Positions 38,737 to 50,887 of a stretch of 64,000 nt of DNA are shown here, one piece after another. The translations under genes and the position numbers were made by a program. This stretch comes from Octopus bimaculoides (Eukaryota), in the NCBI RefSeq assembly GCF_001194135.2, contig NC_069001.1:32617539-32681538 (forward strand), in the 5' to 3' direction. Position 1 is the first letter of the stretch, and every line of letters starts with the position of its first letter. The notes under the pieces were generated by a model, which worked only from the letters and a program-made list of their open reading frames with translations, was not told where the DNA came from and did not search any database.

Positions 38737-38825
38737 AATAGTCAAAACGAAGAGCGCGATTTTAGATCTTTTATTTTTTGTCAAAAAATAAAACATCTAA
38801 AATCGCGCTCTTCGTTTTGACTATT
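38737..38825. repeat. 89-bp near-perfect palindrome (44-bp arms, 1-nt centre, one mismatch)
   Basis: aatagtcaaaacgaagagcgcgattttagatcttttattttttg-t-caaaaaataaaacatctaaaatcgcgctcttcgttttgactatt. Confidence 0.95.
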
Positions 38826-38836
38826 ATTATTATTAC

Positions 38837-38879
<43 letters not shown>

Positions 38880-41029
38880 AAGGTGAAGAGTTCACAGAAT
38901 TTTTAGCATGCTGGACGAAATGCTTTGCAGTATTTTGCCTGTCACTATGTTCTGAGTTCAAATTCCGCCGGGGTCAACTTTACTTTTGATCCTTTTGGTG
39001 GGATCGATAAATTAAGTCCCAGTCATGTACTGGGGTTGATGTGATTGACTTTGCTGCTCCTGCAAAATTTCATGTTATTACTATTGTTATTCCCAAGGTG
39101 GCAAGCTAGCAGAATCGTTAGCATGCTGGACGAAATGCTTAGCGTTAATCTGCCCGTCGCTACATTCTGAGTTCAAATTCCGCCAGGGTCGACTTTACCT
39201 TTCATCCTTTAGGGGGTCGATAAAATAAATACCAGTTGAACTCTGGGATCAATATAATCAACTCATCCCCACCCACCCCTAAGCTGCCTTTGTAGCAAAA
39301 ATTTGAAATAATTATTATTGTTAATATTATTTATTATTAACTCTGGTTTGAGTAGTTTTTCTTTACGTTTGTATAAATGTGAGTGTGCATATGTGAGAGT
39401 AAATGTGTTTATATATGGATGTATATATGTATATATATCTATATGCATAACTGTGTGTGTGTAAATGTAAATATTTATATTTTTTTTGTTTTCATTTTAA
39501 CATCTGAACAACAAATGAAAATCAATAAAAAACAAAACTAAACTAAAATAAAATAAATCTACACAAAAAGAAATTGGTGAGAAACAAAGAAAGAAGAGGC
39601 TTAGAGCTGATTCCTATCTGTGAAGTAGTTCTATTTTCTAATAATCGCTTTGTGTCCGCAAATGAACTGAATTCATTTTGCACAAATTTATATTCTCTTA
39701 AAAAGACATTTCGAAACAGTTCCTGAGAAATAAAATTGCTTGGGCTTCATTAATAATACGAGCAGTATTTCTTTTCCTCACTCCTGTGTTGTGTTGTGGA
39801 TACATTTTTCAGCTGAAAAGAAAATCTAAATTGTACAGAACTTGAGAGTTTGTATACAAAGAGATAACCTGTGATTTAAATGCACTTGTAAAAATGTTTA
39901 ATATACTTTGTAGCATACTATGGTTGCATAACAAAATACTGTGTGCCTACAAGTCATTAAAGAGAGAATAATTTGTGTGTGCGTGCATTTGTATGATGCT
40001 GGAGGTGTCTATGACATTATCATCATAATGTCTTTCTTCTATTTAAAGGTGTAGGTTGTAGTCCAAGGGGGAAATTTTTCTCCAAATAAACTTGAAGAGC
40101 CAACATATGATGGTGAATGAATGCATGTCTTTATCTTTTCTTTCAGTCAGTGGACTGCAGCCATGCTGGGGCACTGCCCTGAAGAGTTTACTCAAACAAA
40201 TCGACCCCAGTAATTTCTTTTTTTTTTTTTTTTTCTTCTTTTAAGGCTGGTACTTACTCCATTGGTTCTCTTGCCAAACCGCTAAGTTGGGGGGGGGGGC
40301 ATAAACAAACCAACACCGGATGACGAGCAGCAACGGAAGACAAACACAAAGAGATAAACACATATATATTACATAAGTGTGTGCTTGTGTAATAATTAAG
40401 AAGCAGTTTGTTTAATAGCACTATTTCTTTCCATCCTTTGGTGACTCAAGAAGTGTTTTTATTGTAATCATTGTTTTTAATAAAACATATTGGCACTTAG
40501 TCCCAACACACATGAAGTTGATAATATACTGAGTTTGGAAAAGAAAAAAATAATAAATATATTCTGATGAAATTAACTTCATCAGTTGTTTCTCAGCTGG
40601 TCTTCTTGTTATAAATCAGTATTATAACTAAGATGGCAAGGCCAGGCAAAATGCTTAGCAGCATTTCATCTGTCTTTACGTTCTGAGTTCAAATGTTGCC
40701 AAGATTGACTTGGCCTTTCATCTCTTTCAGGGTCGATAAAGTCAGGGTCAACTTAGACTTTTATCCCTTTCAGAATCGATAAAATAAGTACCAGCTGAAC
40801 ACTGGGGTGGATGTAATTGACTTACCCACTTCCCTCTAATTGCTGGCCTTCAGCCAAAATTTGGTTTCTTCTAGTATTTATTTGTGAGTGACCCCTGTTC
40901 TTAGTCTCAGAATGGTTTACTTTGAAGTGAGAAGTTAGTTTTGTGTGTTTGTGTTCTTTCAGATGTTTATAGTTTGATCTAGTTTGTTGTTTATTCATTT
41001 CTGTATATGTATTCTAGATTTTTTTCAGG

Positions 41030-41700
41030 AAGGGGAACACTAAGGGAAACAAAATGAAACCCCACACCTCATCTCAAAATACTACCCTATATATCAACTC
41101 AGAACCTTAGAAACAATAAGACATACAACACCATTGTACAAAATCTACCAATGCTCTCTTGGGATCTAAAGATGAACTACATTCTTAAAACACAAATTCT
41201 TCAATTGTAAAAAGCAACCCAAATCGTTGAAAAGACTACTGACAAATGCAAAATTATACACAACAACAACGAAAGCAATAGTTAAATGTGGACGTCCAAA
41301 CTGTGAAACATGCTCCAACCTACTGGAAGGCTCAGAATTCCACTTCAAACAAGGAGAGAGATTCACAATCGAGACCAACTTCACTTGTGCATTTACGAAT
41401 CTAATTTGTTATAACTTGTTCAGGTTGTGGATACAACTATACAACTAAGTGACAAGTATGTCACTTAGATTGAAAACAACACTGCATAAGGAACAGACCT
41501 GTTTCCCAAGATATAGACAGGTACCTTTGAGTGAACACATGTGCAGAGTATCTCCAACCAAATTTCATGGTTTTCCCTTTCTACCAGTGCAAAGACACAA
41601 TTTCTGTACAAGAACATTTAAATACAGAAAATTTATCTGTAGAAAAATACAAAACATACCTACATATGAATGCATAACCGATTTTGGTCTCAGTATATAT
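41030..41700 (+). mobile_element. Degenerate Penelope-like retroelement, GIY-YIG endonuclease region
   Basis: KQPKSLKRLL...KCGRPNCETC...FTIETNFTC..NLI, then frameshifted ITCSGCGYNY and LRLKTTLHKEQ...VPLSEHM, matching the Penelope-like linker and GIY-YIG pattern. Confidence 0.8.
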
Positions 41701-42030
41701 TTTCCCATCGTTAGATGTGCTGGTGGCACGTTAGAAAATCATTCGAGCGAGGTTGTTGCCAGTACCACTGGACTGGCTCCAGTGTGGGTGGCATGTAAAA
41801 AACACCTTTTCAGCAAGGCCGTTGCCAGTACCGTGTGACTGGCCCTCGTGCTGGTGGCACGTAAAAGCACCCACTACACTCTCGGAGTGGTTGGCGTTAG
41901 GAAGGGCATCCAGCTGTAGAAACTCTGCCAGATCAGATTGGAGCCTGGTGCAGCCTTCTGGTTTGCCAGTCCTCAGTCAAATCGTCCAACCCATGCTAGC
42001 ATGGAAAGCGAATGTTAAACGATGATGATG

Positions 42031-42061
<31 letters not shown>

Positions 42062-42726
42062 CACATACATACACAGGTAGGCACATAAGTGCAAAACAAT
42101 GTGGAAAAAATAGTACTCAGATACCAAGGGTAGAGTAATATGTTTTGATATAAAAGCTTCAAAATATTACTCAGAGTTTCACATTCCCGTTCGGCAGACA
42201 GTTTTAATGAATACTCTGAGTAACATTTCTGTGAATATTTTGCAGCTTTTATAATCAAGTATACACACTCACACACATATATATGTCTATATGAATGAGA
42301 AAAAGAAGAAAATGGAGAAATTGACATATAGACATCAGTTTATTCAAAGATATTCAAATCAATATAATATGAAATTCTTATCCCTACAGCCATTTCCATA
42401 GCCAATTAATTCAATTAGAGAAATTTAATAAATTTAAAATTTTCAAATTGAAACTGGTTAATAGGGTATTTTGTCAGGGGAAGATTTACCAGAAAGGAGT
42501 TACATTCTAACATATTGGTCGACCCTTGATAGACTCTTCCTTTTCTCATTCATAAATAATTTAAATAGCCATATCCATCAATGCAAAACTAATGTATTTA
42601 GTTTTCACTGAACACTGGAGAACTGGAATGCAAACATCCCTTAAAGGATGGTTTTTCTCCCATAGGAATCTGTATGTGTTTGTTTAAGCGAACATTTTGA
42701 CAGAATGATTTGTCACAAGTATTACA

Positions 42727-44346
42727 TCACTTTGATTTTTCTCTTGTATGAATATTATATTTGTGTGCCCTTAGTTTACATGGAACTGGGAATGATTTAC
42801 CACAGATCTCACAACGATATGGTTTCTCACCAGTATGAATACGTGTATGGCTATTTAAGTTATTACTTTTAGAAAATGATTTACCACAGATACCACAATG
42901 ATATGGTTTCTCTCCAGTATGAATACGTTTGTGACTATTTAAGTTACTACTTTTAGAAAATGATTTTCCACAGATATCACAATGGTATGGTCTCTCTCCT
43001 GTATGAATACGTTTGTGAGTATTTAATATACAATTTTCAGAGAATGATTTACCACAGACATCACAGTGGAATGGTTTCCTTCCTGTATGAATAAATTTGT
43101 GTTTATATAAGGTACTATTTCCAGAGAATGATTTACCACAAATATCACAGCGATATGGTTTCTCACCTGTATGAATAAGTCTGTGAGCATTTAAGGAACT
43201 ACTTGCAGAAAAGGATTTACCACAGATATGACAATGATATGGTCTCTCTCCTGTATGAATACGTTTGTGAGTATTTAAGTTACTATTTCCAGAGAATGAT
43301 TTACCACAGATGTCACAGTGGTACGGTTTCTCTCCTGTATGAATAAATTTGTGTTTATATAAAGCACTATTTTCAGAGAATGATTTACCACAGATATCAC
43401 AGTGATATGGTTTCTCACCTGTATGAATACGTTTGTGACTATTCAAGTTACCATTTGTAGAGAAAGATTTACCACAGATATCACAATGATATGACTTCTC
43501 TCCTGAATGAATATGTTTATGAGTAATTAAGGAACTAGCTGTAGAAAAGAATTTACCACAGATATCACAGTGATATGGTTTCTCTCCAGTATGAATAAAT
43601 TTGTGTTTATATAAGGTACTATTTCTAGAGAACGACTTACCACAGATACCACAGTGAAATGGTTTCTCTCCCGTATGAACAAGTCTGTGAGTATTTAAGT
43701 TACTATTTCCAGAGAATGATTTACCACAGATATCACAGTGATATGGTTTCTCACCTGTATGAATATGTTTGTGAGCATTTAAGGAACTACTTGTAGAAAA
43801 GAATTTACCACAGGTATCGCAGTGATATGGTGTCTCTCCCGTATGAATACGTATGTGAGTATTTAAGGAACTACTTGTTGAAAAGGATTTACCACAGGTA
43901 TCGCAGTGATATGGTGTCTCTCTCGTATGAATACGTATGTGAGTATTTAAGGAACTACTTGTTGAAAAGGATTTACCACAGGTATCGCAGTGATATGGTG
44001 TCTCTCCCGTATGAATATGTTTGTGAGTATTTAAGGAACTACTTGTTGAAAAGGATTTACCACAGGTATCGCAGTGATATGGTGTCTCTCTCGTATGAAT
44101 ACGTATGTGAGTATTTAAGGAACTACTTGTTGAAAAGGATTTACCACAGACATCACAATGATATGATTTCTCTCTGGTATGAATGAGTTTGTGATCAGTT
44201 AGGTTATGTTTATGAGAGAATAACTTTTCATTGACATCACTGGAAGATGATGTTTCTTCTCTCTCTTTCTGCATCTCATCTGGAAAACCAGCGCTGTCAG
44301 ATTCTGTTTTGATTTGAATTGGTTCCTCCCAGAATTCACTTTCCAT
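42727..44346 (-). CDS. C2H2 zinc-finger protein, 539 aa, 17 intact fingers plus one degenerate N-terminal finger, no KRAB
   Basis: Single ATG-TGA ORF; [10 protein letters not shown]...L..H...HTGEKP repeats with a 28-aa period. Confidence 0.97.
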   Translation of the reverse strand: MESEFWEEPIQIKTESDSAGFPDEMQKEREETSSSSDVNEKLFSHKHNLTDHKLIHTREKSYHCDVCGKSFSTSSSLNTHIRIHTRETPYHCDTCGKSFSTSSSLNTHKHIHTGETPYHCDTCGKSFSTSSSLNTHIRIHTRETPYHCDTCGKSFSTSSSLNTHIRIHTGETPYHCDTCGKFFSTSSSLNAHKHIHTGEKPYHCDICGKSFSGNSNLNTHRLVHTGEKPFHCGICGKSFSRNSTLYKHKFIHTGEKPYHCDICGKFFSTASSLITHKHIHSGEKSYHCDICGKSFSTNGNLNSHKRIHTGEKPYHCDICGKSFSENSALYKHKFIHTGEKPYHCDICGKSFSGNSNLNTHKRIHTGERPYHCHICGKSFSASSSLNAHRLIHTGEKPYRCDICGKSFSGNSTLYKHKFIHTGRKPFHCDVCGKSFSENCILNTHKRIHTGERPYHCDICGKSFSKSSNLNSHKRIHTGEKPYHCGICGKSFSKSNNLNSHTRIHTGEKPYRCEICGKSFPVPCKLRAHKYNIHTREKSK

Positions 44347-44777
44347 AATTATTCTTCCCTGACACTTGTTCTTGTATTTTCTTTACAGCTATATTCCCAT
44401 CACATGTAATTTCTGTTGATGCCTGAAGATACTGTAAACTCTTTTCTAATTATGTCCAACTTTAAGTAGAACACAAGCTACTTGCAAACATATTTGAGGC
44501 AGTGAAGTAGAGGAACTTTGCTAGTGATCTCATCTATTCCTTCACAGATTTATAGAAGCAGGACTGTATTCATTCCATGTAACAACTTACTTTATTTTTA
44601 ACATTATAAATGTCAACAAGACGTCTAAAGTAAGAAACACTTGTATGCCAATGTCAGCTGATAACTCTGAAATGATAGAGAAATGGTATACGACATAAGA
44701 GGATACTTATAGGTAGATTCAACAATGTAAAATTTATTACATTTTTATATTAATAAACTGGAAATATAAACATTTAC
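44347..44777 (-). other. 5' leader and splice-acceptor region of ZNF1, paralogous to 52397-52863
   Basis: Collinear similarity over about 450 bp; shared minus-strand acceptor tttctcta[t/c]tatttcAG at 44667-44669 and 52758-52760. Confidence 0.65.
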
Positions 44778-46963
44778 AACAACATTTGAACAACCCTTAA
44801 GCATTCGGATTATTCTGTTAAACATAATACTTATTTATTAGCATTGTTTTGAATTAATTATGTATAATCTTATCGCTTCAAGATTCAGATGATTTGGTAG
44901 TATATTTTAAGAATGATATTGTAGAGTAAGTGTGAGGGGTCAGATTTGGCCAGTTTGATCATAAAGTAGATAGAATATTCTGGACAGATATGACCAGCTT
45001 AAATTTTTTATTAAAATCACATTAATCTCGTGTGAGGTCTATACATCACAGACAGAAAGTATGAAAAAAGGCAAATATTTCCTTCAAACTTTGCTTTTGT
45101 TGCATTTATTTAAATCCAAAAGAATCCCTCTCAACACACGGCTGTTATGCTCCCCACTACTTCTCATGATCCCTAAGGGACATGTTCAGCTGGTGAAGGT
45201 TAAGTAACCGACAAGCAAATCTGTGGTACTGAGTAGAATATTTGCTATGACAACATTTCTGCTTCAGTAATTCAACACTGAATCTGTCTGAAATATAATG
45301 GATAATAGATCAGTTTCAAAACATTGATGCCCAGATCAGAAAAGCAAAGTTTGAAGGGAATAGTTATCAATTCCTTTAATTTCTGGATAGAAGCAAATAA
45401 CACTTACTGACCCCAAAAAGACAAAAAAAATATTGAAGAACATCAATACATGTCAGAGTGAAAAAAAAAGAAAAAAAAAAGAGAAAGGTGGTCGTGAGAT
45501 GTGCAAGAAACAATAGCTAAATCTCCCTTAAATCACACCTTTTCGTCTGAAAATATTTCCAAATTTTTTTTTTTTTTTTTTTTTTACTGAAAAGGCTTTT
45601 CCCATCATAAAAAGTGCATAGGACAAAAAAAAAAAAAAGGGAGCTGGAATCGGTTCGAAGTGGATAGGTGGGGGTGGAATCATAAATATTTAGACATGCT
45701 AACAGAAGTGTCCCCCACCACCACCACCACCACCACCGGACTCCTATCCTCGTAACAGAAAAAAAAAGGGTATGTTAATACTAATTGAAGGCAAAGGTAA
45801 GGAATACGCACACCTGGTTAGAGGGTTATGCCGAAAACGGGTGACATGCGTATTCTCCACCTCCGCCCATTTGGAATACATATTTCTTCCATTATTTTCA
45901 TCGCTGACTTTATCTCTCTCTTTTCGAACAAACACAGACGTAACCCATTCTGTATGCACCATTTCGCATGCTAGAAACAGCAAGGATCACAGGTTTGTTC
46001 CTAACGCTCATATCTTATCAAAAACAGCCATTCAACCAATTCATCTCTGATATTTTGTTTTCAAATTATGCTCGTATGTGTTGGTTTACTTGTTGCAGTC
46101 ATAGGAATGACCATGCAGGGGTAGCGCCCTTTAGTCGAACAAATGTACCCCAGTACTTATCTTATTAAAGCTTGATATTTATTGTATCATTCACTTTTGC
46201 CAACCAGCTTAGGTACGGAGACAAACAAACCAACACTGGTCGGGAAGCTGTGGAGGTGAAGGTCGGAGACACTTACCATGTAGTGGAACTCAATCCAGAA
46301 CCATGTGGGTGAGAAGTAAATACTTGTGGAAACGAAGTTTAGGTGACAGATTTCGTTAAAATGTATCCACTTATGGGGAAAAGTCGGGGCGGGGGTACAT
46401 ACTTGTTTAGGAATGCCAATTTTCGAAACAATTCTTTCAAAAAAGCACCCCCACCATTATTATGAAGCCCGTGGTGAAAAAAAATCTTCATGAAAACAAA
46501 ATCCAACTTATGTGGATGTCCTGATCCGAAACTCCACTGAACATTTAAATATGTTGACATTTAAACTGACAATAAAATTGTATCGAATGTTCTGATGTGA
46601 GATCTATGAATTACAAACTAGAGTAACGCAATCAGATTAAATACATTAAACAATATAATAGTGGACAAGGGACTTTCTGTCCAGGAAGGACGGACGATTA
46701 TTGTTAAACCTGAAGTTAGTTATGTCAGAGCAGAACATCGTTGCTGGCATACAAAATCCGTTATTTCTCCTAAATTTTACACATTATTCCATCATTTCTT
46801 GTAAAGGAATGTGTATTACAGGAGAAAAAAAACAACATCCGATTTAGGTTTTTTTTAATTGTATGACAAAAAGTGAAAAGAAAAACGAGTGAATGAAGAG
46901 AAAATTAAGAAAAATCACCTCGTTAATATGCAGACAAGAATGCATTGTCAGAATATTATGGTC

Positions 46964-46988
46964 GCGGGAATTGATATCCGGTTGCACA
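46964..46988 (-). promoter_or_regulatory. Conserved 25-bp element upstream of ZNF1 (ETS-like ACCGGATAT plus E2F-like TTCCCGC on -)
   Basis: gcgggaattgatatccggttgcaca is identical to 53497-53521 and sits in an about 80-bp similar block. Confidence 0.6.
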
Positions 46989-47461
46989 GGCGCTTTGCAA
47001 AATATCAATGGAAGGTAGCCTCTTCCCATGCTAATGGAGAACATTGTAGATGCGTGCTTGAGTGTATGTGCGCGTGTAGGTATATATGTATATATATACT
47101 TTAACTGTTTTATTTTTTTTTGCAGTTGACTGCAGCCATGCTGGAGCACCGCCTTAAAGTGTTTTAGTCAAACAAATCGATCCCAGGAATTTTTTTTGTC
47201 GAACCTCTAAGTTACAGGGACGTAAACACACCAACATCGGTTGTCAAGCAATGGTGGGGGACAACACATACACAAATATATATATATATATACGACAGGC
47301 TTCTTTCAGTTTTTGTCTACCAAATCAACTGACAAGGCTTTGGTTGGCGCGAAGCTATAGCAGAAGATATTTGCTCGAGATGCCATGCAGTGGGACTGAA
47401 CCTGGAACCATGAGGTCGGGAAGCAAGCTTCTTACCACACAGCTATACACACACACACAGC

Positions 47462-47677
47462 CGAGGGGATGTTGAAAAGTTCTCAGCTTTGGCTAAATGA
47501 AAATACAGGAGGATCAGGTAATTATGACTTTATTGAACATATTCCTCTTTCAGATTCACACACTTATTGCAGTAGTCCTTCAGTTTTTCTAAGTCCTGTA
47601 AAAGGACTCAGAAGGTTGGGCCTCCAACCAGGCCTTTCATGACACCCTTAAAGCCAGGAACTTTTCAGCACCCTCTC
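47462..47677 (-). mobile_element. Second copy of the mariner-derived MITE
   Basis: Reverse complement of the 14742-14956 element. Confidence 0.85.
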
Positions 47678-50600
47678 TTCTTGTGTTTGTATCTATATAT
47701 ATATATATATAAATTTATGTCACAATATATTGATTCAACTAATTTGGTGTTACTCTTAAATAAAGTTACTTAATGTATCATTCTACAAAACATAGAATAT
47801 ATATATATATAAATAGATAGATTATATATATATAGATAGATACACACACACACACACAGGGCCGGCTCAAGATACTGGCAACCCGGGCAGTTGCCTGGGG
47901 CACCAAGAAAGGTGCGACAAAGATAAGGAAATTTCCACAACCTTCAGCTTGATGAGTTGTGTCATCACTGGTGCCAAGCTGTATTGACCTTTGCCTTTCC
48001 CATCAATGGCATGGAGAAGGGAGGCCGGTATGCATGAGCGACTGCTGGTCTTCCATAAACAGCCTTGCCCGAACTTGTGCCTCAGAGGGTAACTTTCTAG
48101 GTGCAATCCTATGGTCATTCATGACCGAAGGGGGTCCTTTTTTTTTCTCTTCAATATTGTTATTACGCTGTCTCATCCTACTTTTGACCATCTACATATA
48201 GTGACCTTGATGCAGAACAAGAATCACTATTTCTACATCAGGTAACTTCTCATTTGTATATGATTGGTAACCCTGATGTGAGAACTCCACAATCGTCCAT
48301 TACATTTGGCAACCTCTATGTAAGAAACATATCTTATCGTTACATGTGTCCACATATATATATGTATGTAATTATGTTACAGTATGTGTGTTGCCATGTT
48401 ACACAAGTGTGTCAATTTGTTTCCTCATAACTTCCATTCTTTAATGAAATTTTCTACATATACCTTTCCAAAGGTATATACCTATTGAAACTTCATTTGA
48501 AAAAAATTGGTGACCACACACATAGATATACTAATACATATCACTGATATAGCTACAAAATGGAATTTGAAATTTTGAAAACAATTGTGATGTGTCAGTA
48601 TGTATGTGTGGGTGCCCACCATTGCTTTTCGTTTTTTTTTTCCACATGTTTTACTTGTTGATGTTGTTAGTTGCAGCCATGCTAGGACAATGCCTAAAAG
48701 AAGTGACTGAAAAAAATCAACAATTTATTTTTTAAAGCCTGATACTTATTCTGTCAGTCTCTTTAATTGAACTGCTAGGTATTAGGAATGTAAATACACC
48801 AACACTAGTTGCCAAGAGGTGGTGGAAGACAAACACAGATACACACACACATATATATATCATCATCATCATCAATTAACGTCCATTTTCCATGCTGGCA
48901 TGGGTTGGATGGTTCGACTGAAAACTGGTAAGCTGTACCAGGTTTTAATCTGATTTGGCCTGGTTTTTATGGCTAGATGCCCTTCCTGTAGTGGACGCAT
49001 GGGTGCTTGTTATGCAGTATCAGCTTCGGCCACAACAACGATTTCCCATGGTTTGACAGGTCTTCTCAAGCACAGTATATTGCTAAAGGTCTTGGTCACT
49101 TGTCATTGTCTCCATTAGACCCAATATTTGAACAGTGCTTTTTACATGCCACCAGCACGGGTACCAAGTTTTTCTGGAAAAGTGTGTATGCTTTAGGGCT
49201 GCTGTTCTTGTATAATTGGAATGTGCACAGTGGTACTATATGTAGCGTTTTTGGGGGTAGGGTGAGGGCAGCCAAAGGCATCAGTATGTTTTTTGTTTAT
49301 TTGGTTAAAATCTTTGGAGCATTTGTATAGGTATTGTGTGTGTGTGTATGTAGGGGTAAGTAAGTGTACAGTATTATATATCTTTTACAAACCCTCTTAC
49401 AAATTGGTTTCACACTAGGGCATCAACAGGATGTTAGGTAACAGTCTGCTTATGTAACCCTTTGCTCTGCAGAGTTGGTAGTTATGGAAAGAAATATGCT
49501 GTCCTCTATTGTTAGAGGACCAGTTTGTGGTTGCTGTGAAAAAAAGACAACACAATGATCTAAAGGATAGGTTAAGAGTTATGCTCCTTGGCATCAAACT
49601 GTCTCTGGAGAGTTGTAAAGTAACAAGTTTTGTAGAAATGTATGGTTTAGTATTTTGTACAAATGTATGGTTAGTATTCTTGTGGGGGTTTGAATGTGTG
49701 CAGTGATACTATATGTGTAGTGTTTTTTTTTGGGGGGGGGGAGAAGAGGAAAGTCACTTAAGTGCCTGTGTGTTTGTTTGTTTGTATGTGTTTTGTTTAT
49801 TTCAGTTAAATTCTTTGGAGTATTTCTGTAGGAATGTTGAGCGTGTGTAGATCCAAGCAGGAGCTGATCATCCTTAGTGGATATTAAGCAGAGGATCTAA
49901 TGATAGAATTAATTATGGACACATACATTTATTGATGTGTATAATACACACACACACACACATACATACATATGTAACACACTTTAAAAACAAAAATTCT
50001 GAAGAGCATGCTTTTCGGCTGTCATCATGTGAAAAACTTATTTTATTTTCATTATTATTATTTTTTGTATTTATAACCAGATGATAAATAGGATATCAAA
50101 TACAGATATTATAATATATAAAGATAATGGCAGCAAGATAGCAGAAGCATGACTGCGATAGATAAAATGCTAAGTAATTTTTCTTCTGAGTTTACTTGCT
50201 GGGCTGGTCAATGTAATTGACGTAACTCTCCCCTCAAAATTGCTGGTCATGTATCCAAATTTCAAACAATAATATATTGTTTGAAATGGTAGGGGGGGGG
50301 CTAGAAAGGGGTCTCAGGGAGCAGCATCCCTGCCTTCCTAAGCTAGTTTTCCACCACATTTCTTAAAAATCGTGGTAAAGGCCTTGGTCTCGGGACCACT
50401 CATGTCTAGAAACTGAGGTTGGGAGTAAGCAAGGGCATGCTCCCCGTAGAAAATCCAGCTGCAAAAAAGCCTCATGATAGCAAAGAATGGGTATCAGCCA
50501 GCCCAAAGGTTGGGGTGGGCTGCACCTGCCTACCTCAGTTGCTATGGCATTGAGGTAGATCTTGTCACTCACGTTAACGGTGATGAATATATATAAACAT

Positions 50601-50887
50601 ATATCTGCCTGCCCTCCCTTTTTCTTCACTATCCCACAATTCCTTCTTCACAGAAATATTGCTATTACATATTGCAACTATCACTCTTGCTTGCATAAAT
50701 TATTTCTTGCCTCTCTATCCAAATAATCTGTATGATAATATTGCTGAAATATTTGTTTTCTTTTGGCAGTAAAACAATAACCATCGTTATATTTGTATAA
50801 TGTCCCTTAATGAATAAAATTTCAAGACTAACAACTTAGAGGTGTGACCCAGAGACGGAGTAGCTAAAAAATATCTCTCTGATATGG

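Noticed and set aside
43827-44186. 119-aa repetitive ORF on + and an 84-bp CRISPR-like periodicity
   Set aside because: Antisense shadow of the duplicated zinc fingers; no unique spacers and a eukaryotic context
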